From assembly GCF_988243305.1 (NCBI RefSeq), contig NZ_OZ547136.1: a stretch of 64,000 nt of DNA; one strand, 5' to 3'. Below, piece by piece: positions 33,343-44,701 of this stretch. The notes beneath the pieces are model-generated. The model had not been told where the DNA came from. It did not search any database and worked only from the letters and a program-made list of their open reading frames with translations. The position numbers and the translations under genes are program-made. The stretch's first letter is position 1. Each line of letters starts with the position of its first letter.

Positions 33343-34719
33343 GTGAAAAACGCGTCAACCGTATCGGAAGATACTGCGTCGAATCAAGAGCCGACGCTTC
33401 ATCGCGGATTACATAACCGTCATATTCAACTGATTGCGCTGGGTGGCGCAATTGGTACTGGTCTGTTTCTTGGCATTGGCCCGGCGATTCAGATGGCGGG
33501 TCCGGCTGTATTGCTGGGCTACGGCGTCGCCGGGATCATCGCTTTCCTGATTATGCGCCAGCTCGGCGAGATGGTGGTCGAAGAGCCGGTATCCGGTTCA
33601 TTTGCCCACTTTGCCTATAAATACTGGGGACCGTTTGCGGGCTTCCTCTCTGGCTGGAACTACTGGGTGATGTTCGTGCTGGTGGGAATGGCAGAGCTGA
33701 CCGCTGCGGGCATCTATATGCAGTACTGGTTCCCGGATGTTCCAACGTGGATTTGGGCTGCCGCCTTCTTTATTATCATCAACGCCGTTAACCTGGTGAA
33801 CGTGCGCTTATATGGCGAAACCGAGTTCTGGTTTGCGCTGATAAAAGTGCTGGCAATCATCGGTATGATCGGCTTTGGCCTGTGGCTGCTGTTTTCTGGT
33901 CACGGCGGCGAGAAAGCCAGTATCGACAACCTCTGGCGCTACGGTGGTTTCTTTGCCACCGGCTGGAATGGGCTGATTTTGTCGCTGGCGGTGATTATGT
34001 TCTCCTTCGGCGGTCTGGAGCTGATTGGGATTACTGCCGCTGAAGCGCGCGATCCGGAAAAAAGCATTCCGAAAGCGGTAAATCAGGTGGTGTATCGCAT
34101 CCTGCTGTTTTATATCGGTTCACTGGTAGTTTTACTGGCACTCTATCCGTGGGTGGAAGTGAAATCCAACAGTAGCCCGTTTGTGATGATTTTCCATAAT
34201 CTCGACAGCAACGTGGTAGCTTCTGCGCTGAACTTCGTCATTCTGGTAGCATCGCTGTCAGTGTATAACAGCGGGGTTTACTCTAACAGCCGCATGCTGT
34301 TTGGCCTTTCTGTGCAGGGTAATGCGCCGAAGTTTTTGACTCGCGTCAGCCGTCGCGGCGTGCCGATTAACTCGCTGATGCTTTCCGGAGCGATCACTTC
34401 GCTGGTGGTGTTAATCAACTATCTGCTGCCGCAAAAAGCGTTTGGTCTGCTGATGGCGCTGGTGGTAGCAACGCTGCTGTTGAACTGGATTATGATCTGC
34501 CTGGCGCATCTGCGTTTTCGCGCGGCGATGCGACGTCAGGGACGTGAAACACAGTTTAAGGCGCTGCTCTATCCGTTCGGCAACTATCTCTGCATCGCCT
34601 TCCTCGGCATGATTTTGCTGCTGATGTGCACGATGGATGATATGCGCTTGTCAGCGATTCTGCTGCCAGTGTGGATTGTATTCCTGTTTGTAGCGTTTAA
34701 AACGCTGCGTCGGAAATAA
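33343..34719 (+). CDS. pheP: phenylalanine-specific APC-family permease, 458 aa
   Basis: APC permease sequence; start re-picked at GTG 33343 (MKNASTVSEDTAS) with AGGGGAAAGG RBS. Confidence 0.85.
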   Translation: MKNASTVSEDTASNQEPTLHRGLHNRHIQLIALGGAIGTGLFLGIGPAIQMAGPAVLLGYGVAGIIAFLIMRQLGEMVVEEPVSGSFAHFAYKYWGPFAGFLSGWNYWVMFVLVGMAELTAAGIYMQYWFPDVPTWIWAAAFFIIINAVNLVNVRLYGETEFWFALIKVLAIIGMIGFGLWLLFSGHGGEKASIDNLWRYGGFFATGWNGLILSLAVIMFSFGGLELIGITAAEARDPEKSIPKAVNQVVYRILLFYIGSLVVLLALYPWVEVKSNSSPFVMIFHNLDSNVVASALNFVILVASLSVYNSGVYSNSRMLFGLSVQGNAPKFLTRVSRRGVPINSLMLSGAITSLVVLINYLLPQKAFGLLMALVVATLLLNWIMICLAHLRFRAAMRRQGRETQFKALLYPFGNYLCIAFLGMILLLMCTMDDMRLSAILLPVWIVFLFVAFKTLRRK

Positions 34720-34750
34720 GGCATTCACGCTACATCCGACAAAACGATGT

Positions 34751-34784
34751 CCGCTCTCATCCATTCGATGAGAGCGGTTTTTTT
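34751..34784. terminator. rho-independent bidirectional terminator between pheP and ybdG
   Basis: ccgctctcatc-cattc-gatgagagcgg (11-bp stem) followed by TTTTTTT; an A-run on the other side serves the convergent ybdG transcript. Confidence 0.75.
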
Positions 34785-34786
34785 AA

Positions 34787-36082
<1,296 letters not shown>

Positions 36083-36141
36083 TTATGCAAATCAGGAGAA
36101 TCTGAGGGGAAATAGCCGGGCAGATGCCCGGCAAGAGAGAA

Positions 36142-36795
36142 TTACACTTCGGTTAAGGTGATGTTTTGCGGCAGACGAGATTTCGGCAGCGTAGCGTTAA
36201 AATCTTCAACGCTGTGATGACCTACCGGAACAACCACCAGACTGGTGTAGCCTTTCTCTTTCAGACCAAATTCTTCATCGAGGATGGCGGCGTCAAAACC
36301 TTCGATGGGTACCGCGTCCAGACCCAGAGCCGCCACGCCGAGCAGGAAGTTACCGACGTTGAGATAAACCTGTTTTGCCATCCACTGCGCATCATCATGC
36401 AGATCTTTACGGTGCATATCGGCGAAGAACTTGCGACCTTTATCGTTCGCGGCTTTCGCTTCCGGCGTGGCAAAGCGGCCATCGGCATCTTCCTGGTCAA
36501 CAACCAGCTTCAGCCAGGCATCGTCCATCGCGGTTTTTGCACAGAACACCACAACGTGCGAGGCATCAAGCATTTTACGCTCGTTGAACACGTAATTACC
36601 GGCAGCGGATTTGGCAACACGCGCTTTACCTTCTTCCGTGCTGGCAACAATAAAATGCCACGGCTGGGAGTTGGTGCTGGATGGGCTGTATTGCAGGAGA
36701 GTTTTGATCTGCTCGGCCTGTTCCGGGGTTAGTTTTTTGCTGGCATCAAATGCCTTAGTGGAATGACGCTTTAAGGCGACAGAAATGATATCCAT
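36142..36795 (-). CDS. nfsB: oxygen-insensitive NAD(P)H nitroreductase, 217 aa
   Basis: Nitroreductase-family sequence; start re-picked at [16 protein letters not shown] with GGAG RBS. Confidence 0.9.
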   Translation of the reverse strand: MDIISVALKRHSTKAFDASKKLTPEQAEQIKTLLQYSPSSTNSQPWHFIVASTEEGKARVAKSAAGNYVFNERKMLDASHVVVFCAKTAMDDAWLKLVVDQEDADGRFATPEAKAANDKGRKFFADMHRKDLHDDAQWMAKQVYLNVGNFLLGVAALGLDAVPIEGFDAAILDEEFGLKEKGYTSLVVVPVGHHSVEDFNATLPKSRLPQNITLTEV

Positions 36796-36888
36796 AAAGA
36801 CTCCATGTGAAAGTAATTTTGCGTGCCAGCAGATTACAAGGTTCAACGAGAAATGGTAAGCGAGAAAAATGCGCTATAGATTTCCGCT

Positions 36889-37257
36889 TTAGCCTGGACG
36901 CACTCTTTTTTGATCGCGTTTAGCCAGACCATCAACCACCAGATTCCACGAATCGTTGATCAGATCGCGAAGTAACGCTTCGGAGATTTCCTCGCCGGGA
37001 TACACTGAAATCCAGTGCTTTTTATTCATGTGATATCCTGGCTTAATGCTCGGGTATATCTGCTGATTTAACAGGGATTTTTGTGGATCGGACTTCAAAT
37101 TGATAAAGGGAACGCCGCGCAGCTCTGACGACAACATAAAAATCTTGCCGCCAATTTTAAAAACATCGAACTCCGGCCCAAAAGGCCAGCAAAGCTCGAC
37201 AAAGGGTAACTCAAGGGCCAGGCGTTTCGCCGTTTCGTGCAGTGATTGCTTATCCAT
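36889..37257 (-). CDS. ybdF: DUF419-family protein YbdF, 122 aa
   Basis: Start re-picked at [15 protein letters not shown] with AGGA RBS (ORF track is 40 codons longer). Confidence 0.7.
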
Positions 37258-37321
37258 AAACGTTCCTTTAGGCGAAGGAGAATAAGCAAAGTATGCCGCG
37301 AAGTTCGGCGATAATCGACGT

Positions 37322-37570
37322 TTAATCCGCCAGCGAGAACCAGCGTCGCCAGATAAAGCGCAGAACAAAATACTCAATAGCGCCCAGCACTAAAAACCAC
37401 AGACAAAACAATAAAGTGTAAAGCTGGCTAAGATCCATCAGATGGAACGTGGTCACCAGTTTTTGTGCCAGCGTCAGCCCCAATGCGGGGGCGGGAAGCA
37501 GCAGGCAAGAGAGGAAAGCCATCAGCAAAATGCCTGCTGCGGTGGTCAAGGTTTCTAAAGGGTGTTTCAT
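37322..37570 (-). CDS. ybdJ: small inner-membrane protein YbdJ, 82 aa
   Basis: 82-aa ORF with two hydrophobic segments between ybdF and ybdK. Confidence 0.7.
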
Positions 37571-37635
37571 AACATTGTTAAATGTAAGTTAAAACACCAT
37601 TGTCAGGGATATTCTTCTGTAAGGCAATTCCCGAC

Positions 37636-38763
<1,128 letters not shown>

Positions 38764-39093
38764 TTATGTTGGCGTTTTCTATTCAGTATAGAAGTGGGAG
38801 CGACTGGGCGAGATGCGGAAGTTCTGGAATGTTTTTTTTTGATGATGGTGACTGAAGCAAATTGGCTACATTTTGCAATATGACAAGTTATGGCAGTGCG
38901 GACTGGTGGCGAAGAATTTTGACGATTGAGGCATGCAGAAAAAACGGGTTCAGCTTCAGTTGATCAAATGAGGATTGAGAAGTCCGAAACAGGACTTACT
39001 GTATAAATAAACAGCTATTTTGCTAAGGAAGGGTAAGATAACGGCGGGTGCCTGAAGCTTTCCGGTTTCAGGTTTACTCTGAGGTCTGGAAAG

Positions 39094-39282
39094 ATGAAGC
39101 CCCAGGACGATATTTCTATCAACCCTGGGGCTGCCACTCCAAACCCAAACAATTTGGATGGTAGTCCCTTCTTCGCATGGAGGCAATATAAACATGCTGA
39201 CGAAATATGCCCTTGCGGCAGTCATAGTGCTGTGTTTGACGGTGCTGGGATTTACGCTTCTGGTCGGAGACTCGCTGTGTGA
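39094..39282 (+). CDS. Mok-like overlapping reading frame, 62 aa, copy 1
   Basis: ORF starts 100 nt upstream of hok and overlaps it out of frame, as in hok/sok systems. Confidence 0.5.
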   Translation: MKPQDDISINPGAATPNPNNLDGSPFFAWRQYKHADEICPCGSHSAVFDGAGIYASGRRLAV

Positions 39283-39346
39283 GTTTACGGTGAAGGAACG
39301 TAATATTGAGTTTAAGGCTGTTCTCGCTTACGAACCGAAGAAGTAG
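39194..39346 (+). CDS. hokE: Hok-family membrane toxin, 50 aa, copy 1
   Basis: [50 protein letters not shown] is a typical Hok sequence; GGAGG RBS 11 nt upstream. Confidence 0.85.
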   Translation: MLTKYALAAVIVLCLTVLGFTLLVGDSLCEFTVKERNIEFKAVLAYEPKK

Positions 39347-39597
39347 CCGTTGTGCGGGGAGTAATCCCCGCATATCCGGTTGTCAGGTCAGGGTGGTAAG
39401 GCACCTGCTTTACACTTTCGCCCGCGGTCAGCAATGGCTGCGGGCGATGTCGTTTTAAGGGCAATGATCAGTTTTGCCAACAGAAGTCCGAAACAGGATT
39501 CACTGTATAAATAAACAGCTATTTTGCTGAGGAAGGGTAAGATAACGGCGGGTGCCTGAAGCTTTCCGGTTTCAGGTTAACTCTGAGGTCTGGAAAG

Positions 39598-39786
39598 ATG
39601 AAGCCCCAGGACGATATTTCTATCAACCCTGGGGCTACCTACCCAAACCTGAACAATTTGGATGGTAGTCCCTTCTTCGCATGGAGGCAATATAAACATG
39701 CTGACGAAATATGCCCTTGTGGCAGTCATAGTGCTGTGTTTAACGGTGCTGGGATTTACGCTTCTGGTCGGAGACTCGCTGTGTGA
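39598..39786 (+). CDS. Mok-like overlapping reading frame, 62 aa, copy 2
   Basis: Paralog of copy-1 mok with a few substitutions (AATPNPN to ATYPNLN, D49N). Confidence 0.5.
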   Translation: MKPQDDISINPGATYPNLNNLDGSPFFAWRQYKHADEICPCGSHSAVFNGAGIYASGRRLAV

Positions 39787-39850
39787 GTTTACGGTGAAGG
39801 AACGTAATATTGAGTTTAAGGCTGTTCTCGCTTACGAACCGAAGAAGTAG
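39698..39850 (+). CDS. hokE: Hok-family membrane toxin, 50 aa, copy 2
   Basis: Same as copy 1 with one substitution (A8V); intact ORF and RBS. Confidence 0.85.
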   Translation: MLTKYALVAVIVLCLTVLGFTLLVGDSLCEFTVKERNIEFKAVLAYEPKK

Positions 39851-39999
39851 CCGTTGTGCGGGGAGTAATCCCTTAAGTTAGCGCTTATGGGAGTAATCCC
39901 CGCATATCCGGTTGTCAGGTCAGGGTGGTAAGGCACCTGCTTTACACTTTCGCCCGCAGTCAGCATTGGCTGCGGGCGAATCGCTCCGGGTATTGTCAA

Positions 40000-40620
40000 T
40001 TAATCGTGTTGGCACAGCGTTATGACTATCTTTTCTTTTATCTGCCAGTGCACAGCAAACTGCTCATCCTCTAGTCGAATGATGATCTGCTGTTTATTCA
40101 AGCTAATTATCTGATAATCCAGAAATCCTGCATCAGTTTGTCTCTCCGATGCCTTAAATGCGCTCTCTTTGGCGGAAAATGCCAGTGTTAGCGCCAGAGA
40201 AAAGGTTAAACCGCATTCTGCGAGTCGCTCGTGTTCTGCTGGTGTAATAATGTTGTCTGTCAATTCTCTTGCGGTTTGTACAGAGAAAATCTCTTCGATA
40301 TCAATGCCAATCGGTTGACGAGATACCACGGCTAATGCCGTAGTCCCGCAGTGGCTAATACTGCCGTATACCTCCGCAGGCCACACAGGTTGGCGTAGCT
40401 CGCCGATAGCGGGCACATATTTATAGCCATATTCCCGCAAGGCATAAACAGCAGCGATTCGTCCAGCTAAATGCTCTGTTTTACGTTTACGTCCAGCGTG
40501 TTGCAGTTGTGCGTAGTGTGGCAGCCAGAGTAAATCCTGCTCGCGAAAACTCGCCGGATCGAACTTAACAAAATGCAGCGTATTTCCGGCAAAGGGGAGG
40601 GCGGTATGCGTAGTTTTCAT
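40000..40620 (-). CDS. entD: 4'-phosphopantetheinyl transferase for enterobactin synthesis, 206 aa
   Basis: PPTase-like sequence; start re-picked at MKTTHTALPFAG (an ATG 9 nt upstream, MVDMKTT, is an alternative). Confidence 0.8.
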   Translation of the reverse strand: MKTTHTALPFAGNTLHFVKFDPASFREQDLLWLPHYAQLQHAGRKRKTEHLAGRIAAVYALREYGYKYVPAIGELRQPVWPAEVYGSISHCGTTALAVVSRQPIGIDIEEIFSVQTARELTDNIITPAEHERLAECGLTFSLALTLAFSAKESAFKASERQTDAGFLDYQIISLNKQQIIIRLEDEQFAVHWQIKEKIVITLCQHD

Positions 40621-40657
40621 GTCGACCATATTAGAGACTGATGACAAACGCAAAACT

Positions 40658-40755
40658 GCCTGATGCGCTACGCTTATCAGGCCTACGTGGTCCTGCAATA
40701 TATTGAATTGGCAAGATTTTTGTAGGCCGGATAAGGCGTTCACGCCGCATCCGGC
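40658..40755. repeat. REP/BIME palindromic units between entD and fepA
   Basis: gcctgatgcgctacgcttatcaggcctac and gtaggccggataaggcgttcacgccgcatccggc match the REP consensus. Confidence 0.7.
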
Positions 40756-40794
40756 ATGAACTACGCGCACTTTGTCAACAATCTGACGTTAGCA

Positions 40795-43035
40795 TCAGAA
40801 GTGAGTATTAATGCTCATATACCACGTACGTCCCGGCTCGTTATAGGTATATGCCCCGGCACCGGCGATATAGTTGGCTCCTGCCAGATCGCCTGTGGTC
40901 TGGGCATTACCCGCACGCCACAAACGTTTGTCGAACAGGTTGTCCACGCCGCCGGTCAGACTGACATTCTTCGTTACATCCCAGGTCGCGCTCAGGCCAA
41001 CAATGCTGTACGGGCTGATTTCTTTGGTTTCCGGTCCAACCGCTGGCTGACCTTTATAGTTGTACTTCTTCGGCTGCTGCTTGCCGTACCAGGTGAAGGT
41101 TGTTTGCATCGACAAATCTTCCCGTGCCTGCCAGCTCAGCGTTGAGTTCAACGTATACTCCGGGATGATCGACAAACGGTCGCCCGTGGTTTTGTTTTCA
41201 CTCTTCAGCATATAAGTGATGTTATTGGTCCACATCACCGTTTCGCTAACCGGTACGTTTAACGATCCTTCCAGACCTTCAACCACCGCTTTCGGTACGT
41301 TATCCCACTGATAGAGATCGGTGCCGACTGCGTTTTGCCCTACAGCCACATAGCCCGCTTCAATCTTATTGCGATAATCGTTACGGAACCAGGTGACGCC
41401 CGCCAGCCAGCCGTCGCGTTTGAACTCCAGACCAATCTCTTTGTTGATGCTGGTTTCTGCTTTCAGGTCATCATTACCTTGCAGATAGCAGCCGCCCGCG
41501 CTGGCATAGCAGCCCTGACCTTTACTGTAGAGAATGTAGTTCGGGTTAGTCTGGTACAGACTCGGCGCTTTATAAGCACGGGCAATGCCCATTTTCAGCG
41601 TGAAGTCATCGCCTAAACCTTGCGAGATGTTCAGCGCCGGACTCCAGTTATTGCCAACAATGCTGTGATGATCGAAACGCAGCCCCGGCGTTACGATGGT
41701 GCTGTCAGTCAGCTCCATATTGTTTTCGGCAAATAGCGAGAAAATTTCTGCTTTTGAATACGGGCTACGGTCGGTGGCACTCACGCCATCAATAGCACCG
41801 CCGGTATTCGTCCCAGTGAGCGCCTGGGTGTTGGAACTTAAATCCTTCATCCGCTGCTGATTCCACTCCGTACCCAGCGTCAGCGTCTGGTTAACGAGGA
41901 AATCAATCGGCAGGTTAACTTCGCTGTGCAGCATCACGTCATCGAGATCGATATCGACGAAATCCTGTGTCGCTTTTTCGTTAAATTTCCCTTCGGTACC
42001 GCCCGCCAGACCTTCCGGAATACGCGAGTTACGGGTGTGTTCGTACTGCACCCAGTTGCTGGTGGTCACGCCGTTATCCCAGCCGCCGTTCCATGTCAGC
42101 GAGTAGTTCTGGCGATACAGACGGTTGGTTTCATCGCCATATTTCGAGCGGGTATAGGAGTCAGAGTTGGTGTTCTGGGTGTCGCCCGCATACAGGTTAC
42201 CCTGGCGGCTGTAGCCCGCTTCCAGTTCGAGTGATTGCAGAGGCGCGAAGTCCCAGCGCACTACGCCATTAATATCTTTGTTAATTACCCCTTCGCGCCC
42301 GGCTGGTAACGTCGTGGCATACGTTCCGGCACGCGCGGACTGATGGCCCTGGTTGATATCCCACGCGTCAGCCTGGGTTTTGTCGAGGTTGCCATACAAG
42401 CGGAAGCTGAATTCGTCGCCCAGCGGACCGGTCAGGCTGAAGTTGGTGCGTTTAGTGGCACCTTCCTCTTTATGTTCTGGCGCATTGAAATAAGCGTCCC
42501 AGGAGCCGTGCCACTCACCGCTGCCTTTTTTGGTAATGATGTTAACCACGCCGCCCGCCGCGCCGTTGCCATAACGCGCAGCTGCCGGACCACGCAGAAC
42601 TTCAATACGTTCAATCATTTCAGGTGGCACCCAGGAAGTATCACCACGGGTATCGCGCTCGCCACGCCAGCCCTGACGCACCGAGTTACGGCTGCTTACC
42701 GGTTTGCCGTCAATCAAAATCAGCGTGTTTTCCGGACCCATGCCGCGAATATCAATCTGGCGGTTATTACCACGCTGACCACTGGTGGAGTTGCCGGTCA
42801 GGTTAACGCCTGGCATGGTACGGATGATCTCCGACACATCGCGGGCAACCGGGTTTTTGCGGATTTCATCTGCGGTGATGGTCGAAACGCCAGGTGCCTG
42901 CAAGTTCTGCTCGGCGGCGGTAACGACAATGGTATCGTCATGTGAAACAGGAGTATCGGTCGGCTCTTGTGCCTGTGCTACCCCATAAATCCCCAGATTG
43001 ACCAACAAGGCCAGGGAATGAATCTTCTTGTTCAT
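40795..43035 (-). CDS. fepA: TonB-dependent ferric enterobactin outer-membrane receptor, 746 aa
   Basis: Signal peptide, plug and beta-barrel, C-terminal TonB-dependent receptor ending ...SINTHF; start re-picked at MNKKIHSLALL with AGGA RBS. Confidence 0.95.
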   Translation of the reverse strand: MNKKIHSLALLVNLGIYGVAQAQEPTDTPVSHDDTIVVTAAEQNLQAPGVSTITADEIRKNPVARDVSEIIRTMPGVNLTGNSTSGQRGNNRQIDIRGMGPENTLILIDGKPVSSRNSVRQGWRGERDTRGDTSWVPPEMIERIEVLRGPAAARYGNGAAGGVVNIITKKGSGEWHGSWDAYFNAPEHKEEGATKRTNFSLTGPLGDEFSFRLYGNLDKTQADAWDINQGHQSARAGTYATTLPAGREGVINKDINGVVRWDFAPLQSLELEAGYSRQGNLYAGDTQNTNSDSYTRSKYGDETNRLYRQNYSLTWNGGWDNGVTTSNWVQYEHTRNSRIPEGLAGGTEGKFNEKATQDFVDIDLDDVMLHSEVNLPIDFLVNQTLTLGTEWNQQRMKDLSSNTQALTGTNTGGAIDGVSATDRSPYSKAEIFSLFAENNMELTDSTIVTPGLRFDHHSIVGNNWSPALNISQGLGDDFTLKMGIARAYKAPSLYQTNPNYILYSKGQGCYASAGGCYLQGNDDLKAETSINKEIGLEFKRDGWLAGVTWFRNDYRNKIEAGYVAVGQNAVGTDLYQWDNVPKAVVEGLEGSLNVPVSETVMWTNNITYMLKSENKTTGDRLSIIPEYTLNSTLSWQAREDLSMQTTFTWYGKQQPKKYNYKGQPAVGPETKEISPYSIVGLSATWDVTKNVSLTGGVDNLFDKRLWRAGNAQTTGDLAGANYIAGAGAYTYNEPGRTWYMSINTHF

Positions 43036-43203
43036 TGTTTTATTCCTGCATTTTTGCCACGAATTGCAACTGTCGGGCATGGTCGTCATCAATACGACGC
43101 ACCCCGCTACCGCGAAAACCTTTGATCCTGAAAGACACGCAGTGCAGTTGGTTAATTAATGTCCGCGCTTCCCACGGCGCGCCATTACGCTATTGCAAAT
43201 GCA

Positions 43204-43233
43204 AATAGTTATCAATAATATTATCAATATATT
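43204..43233. promoter_or_regulatory. Fur-box-like AT-rich hexamer repeats in the fepA-fes divergent promoter
   Basis: aatagttatcaataatattatcaatatatt contains overlapping GATAAT / ATTATC-like hexamers in a divergent iron-uptake promoter. Confidence 0.55.
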
Positions 43234-43277
43234 TCTGCAATCAATGAAAAATTGCACAGTAAACATGGGGTTATGGT

Positions 43278-44480
43278 GTGACGGCGTTAAAAGTAGGAAG
43301 TGAGAGCTGGTGGCAGTCGAAACATGGCCCGGAATGGCAGCGTCTGAATGACGAAATGTTTGAGGTCACTTTCTGGTGGCGTGATCCCCAAGGTTCTGAA
43401 GAATACTCGACGATAAAGCGCGTATGGGTCTACATCACTGGTGTGACCGATCACCATCAGAACAGCCAGCCCCAGTCGATGCAGCGAATTGCAGGTACCA
43501 ACGTCTGGCAGTGGACGACACAACTTAATGCCAACTGGCGCGGCAGCTACTGTTTTATTCCCACCGAACGCGATGACATTTTTTCTGCACCATCCCCCGA
43601 TCGCCTCGAATTACGTGAAGGCTGGCGAAAACTATTACCCCAGGCGATAGCCGATCCGCTGAATCCACAAAGCTGGAAAGGCGGGCGAGGGCACGCTGTT
43701 TCTGCACTCGAAATGCCGCAAGCGCCTCTGCAACCGGGATGGGATTGTCCGCAAGCGCCAGAAATACCTGTCAAAGAAATTATCTGGAAAAGTGAACAGT
43801 TGAAAAATTCACGCCGTGTATGGATTTTTACCACCGGCGATGCAACAGCAGAAGAACGCCCGCTGGCAGTTTTGCTTGATGGCGAATTTTGGGCGCAGAG
43901 TATGCCCGTCTGGCCTGCGCTGACTTCGCTGACCCATCGTCGGCAACTTCCTCCCGCCGTGTATGTGTTGATCGACGCTATCGACACCACGCACCGCGCT
44001 CACGAACTGCCGTGTAATGCGGATTTCTGGCTGGCAGTACAGCAAGAGTTATTACCCCTGGTGAAAGCTATTGCCCCTTTTAGCGATCGCGCCGATCGCA
44101 CCGTGGTCGCCGGGCAGAGTTTTGGTGGGCTTTCCGCGCTGTATGCCGGACTGCACTGGCCTGAACGCTTTGGCTGTGTATTAAGCCAGTCAGGATCGTA
44201 CTGGTGGCCGCATCGGGGCGGGCAGCAAGAAGGTGTTTTACTTGAGCAACTTAAAGCTGGTCAAGTTAGTGCCGAAGGTCTGCGCATTGTGCTGGAAGCG
44301 GGTATTCGCGAGCCGATGATCATGCAGGCCAATCAGGCGCTGTATGCGCAATTACACCCCATAAAAGAATCCATTTTCTGGCGTCAGGTTGACGGCGGAC
44401 ATGATGCGCTTTGTTGGCGCGGTGGCTTGATGCAGGGGCTAATCGACCTCTGGCAACCACTTTTCCATGACAGGAGTTGA
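43278..44480 (+). CDS. fes: enterochelin esterase, 400 aa (GTG start; a shorter internal-ATG form is possible)
   Basis: Esterase GxSxG motif (GQSFGG); ORF begins with GTG at 43278. Confidence 0.85.
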   Translation: MTALKVGSESWWQSKHGPEWQRLNDEMFEVTFWWRDPQGSEEYSTIKRVWVYITGVTDHHQNSQPQSMQRIAGTNVWQWTTQLNANWRGSYCFIPTERDDIFSAPSPDRLELREGWRKLLPQAIADPLNPQSWKGGRGHAVSALEMPQAPLQPGWDCPQAPEIPVKEIIWKSEQLKNSRRVWIFTTGDATAEERPLAVLLDGEFWAQSMPVWPALTSLTHRRQLPPAVYVLIDAIDTTHRAHELPCNADFWLAVQQELLPLVKAIAPFSDRADRTVVAGQSFGGLSALYAGLHWPERFGCVLSQSGSYWWPHRGGQQEGVLLEQLKAGQVSAEGLRIVLEAGIREPMIMQANQALYAQLHPIKESIFWRQVDGGHDALCWRGGLMQGLIDLWQPLFHDRS

Positions 44481-44482
44481 AT

Positions 44483-44701
44483 ATGGCATTCAGTAATCCC
44501 TTCGATGATCCGCAGGGAGCGTTTTACATTTTGCGCAATGCGCAGGGGCAATTCAGTCTGTGGCCGCAACAATGCGCCTTACCGGCAGGCTGGGACGTTG
44601 TGTGTCAGCCGCAGTCACAGGCGTCCTGCCAGCAGTGGCTTGAAGCCCACTGGCGTACTCTGACACCGGCGAATTTCACCCAGTTGCAGGAGGCACAATG
44701 A
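44483..44701 (+). CDS. ybdZ: MbtH-like protein, 72 aa
   Basis: Small ORF (MAFSNPFDDPQGAFYILRN...) directly upstream of the NRPS gene; stop overlaps the entF start (ATGA). Confidence 0.85.
   Translation: MAFSNPFDDPQGAFYILRNAQGQFSLWPQQCALPAGWDVVCQPQSQASCQQWLEAHWRTLTPANFTQLQEAQ

Larger units (their letters stand above)
38978..39447 (+). other. hok/mok type I toxin-antitoxin locus, copy 1 (leader, mok, hok, 3' fold-back hairpin)
   Basis: 470-bp unit repeated almost identically 504 bp downstream; holds the overlapping mok and hok ORFs and a 3' hairpin tcgcccgc-N14-gcgggcga (39418-39447); an antisense Sok RNA is expected opposite the mok start but is not mapped here. Confidence 0.8.
39482..39979 (+). 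other. hok/mok type I toxin-antitoxin locus, copy 2
   Basis: Near-identical to copy 1 apart from a few substitutions and a 28-bp insertion/duplication in the 3' UTR (about 39873-39900); 3' hairpin at 39950-39979, 20 bp from the entD stop. Confidence 0.8.
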
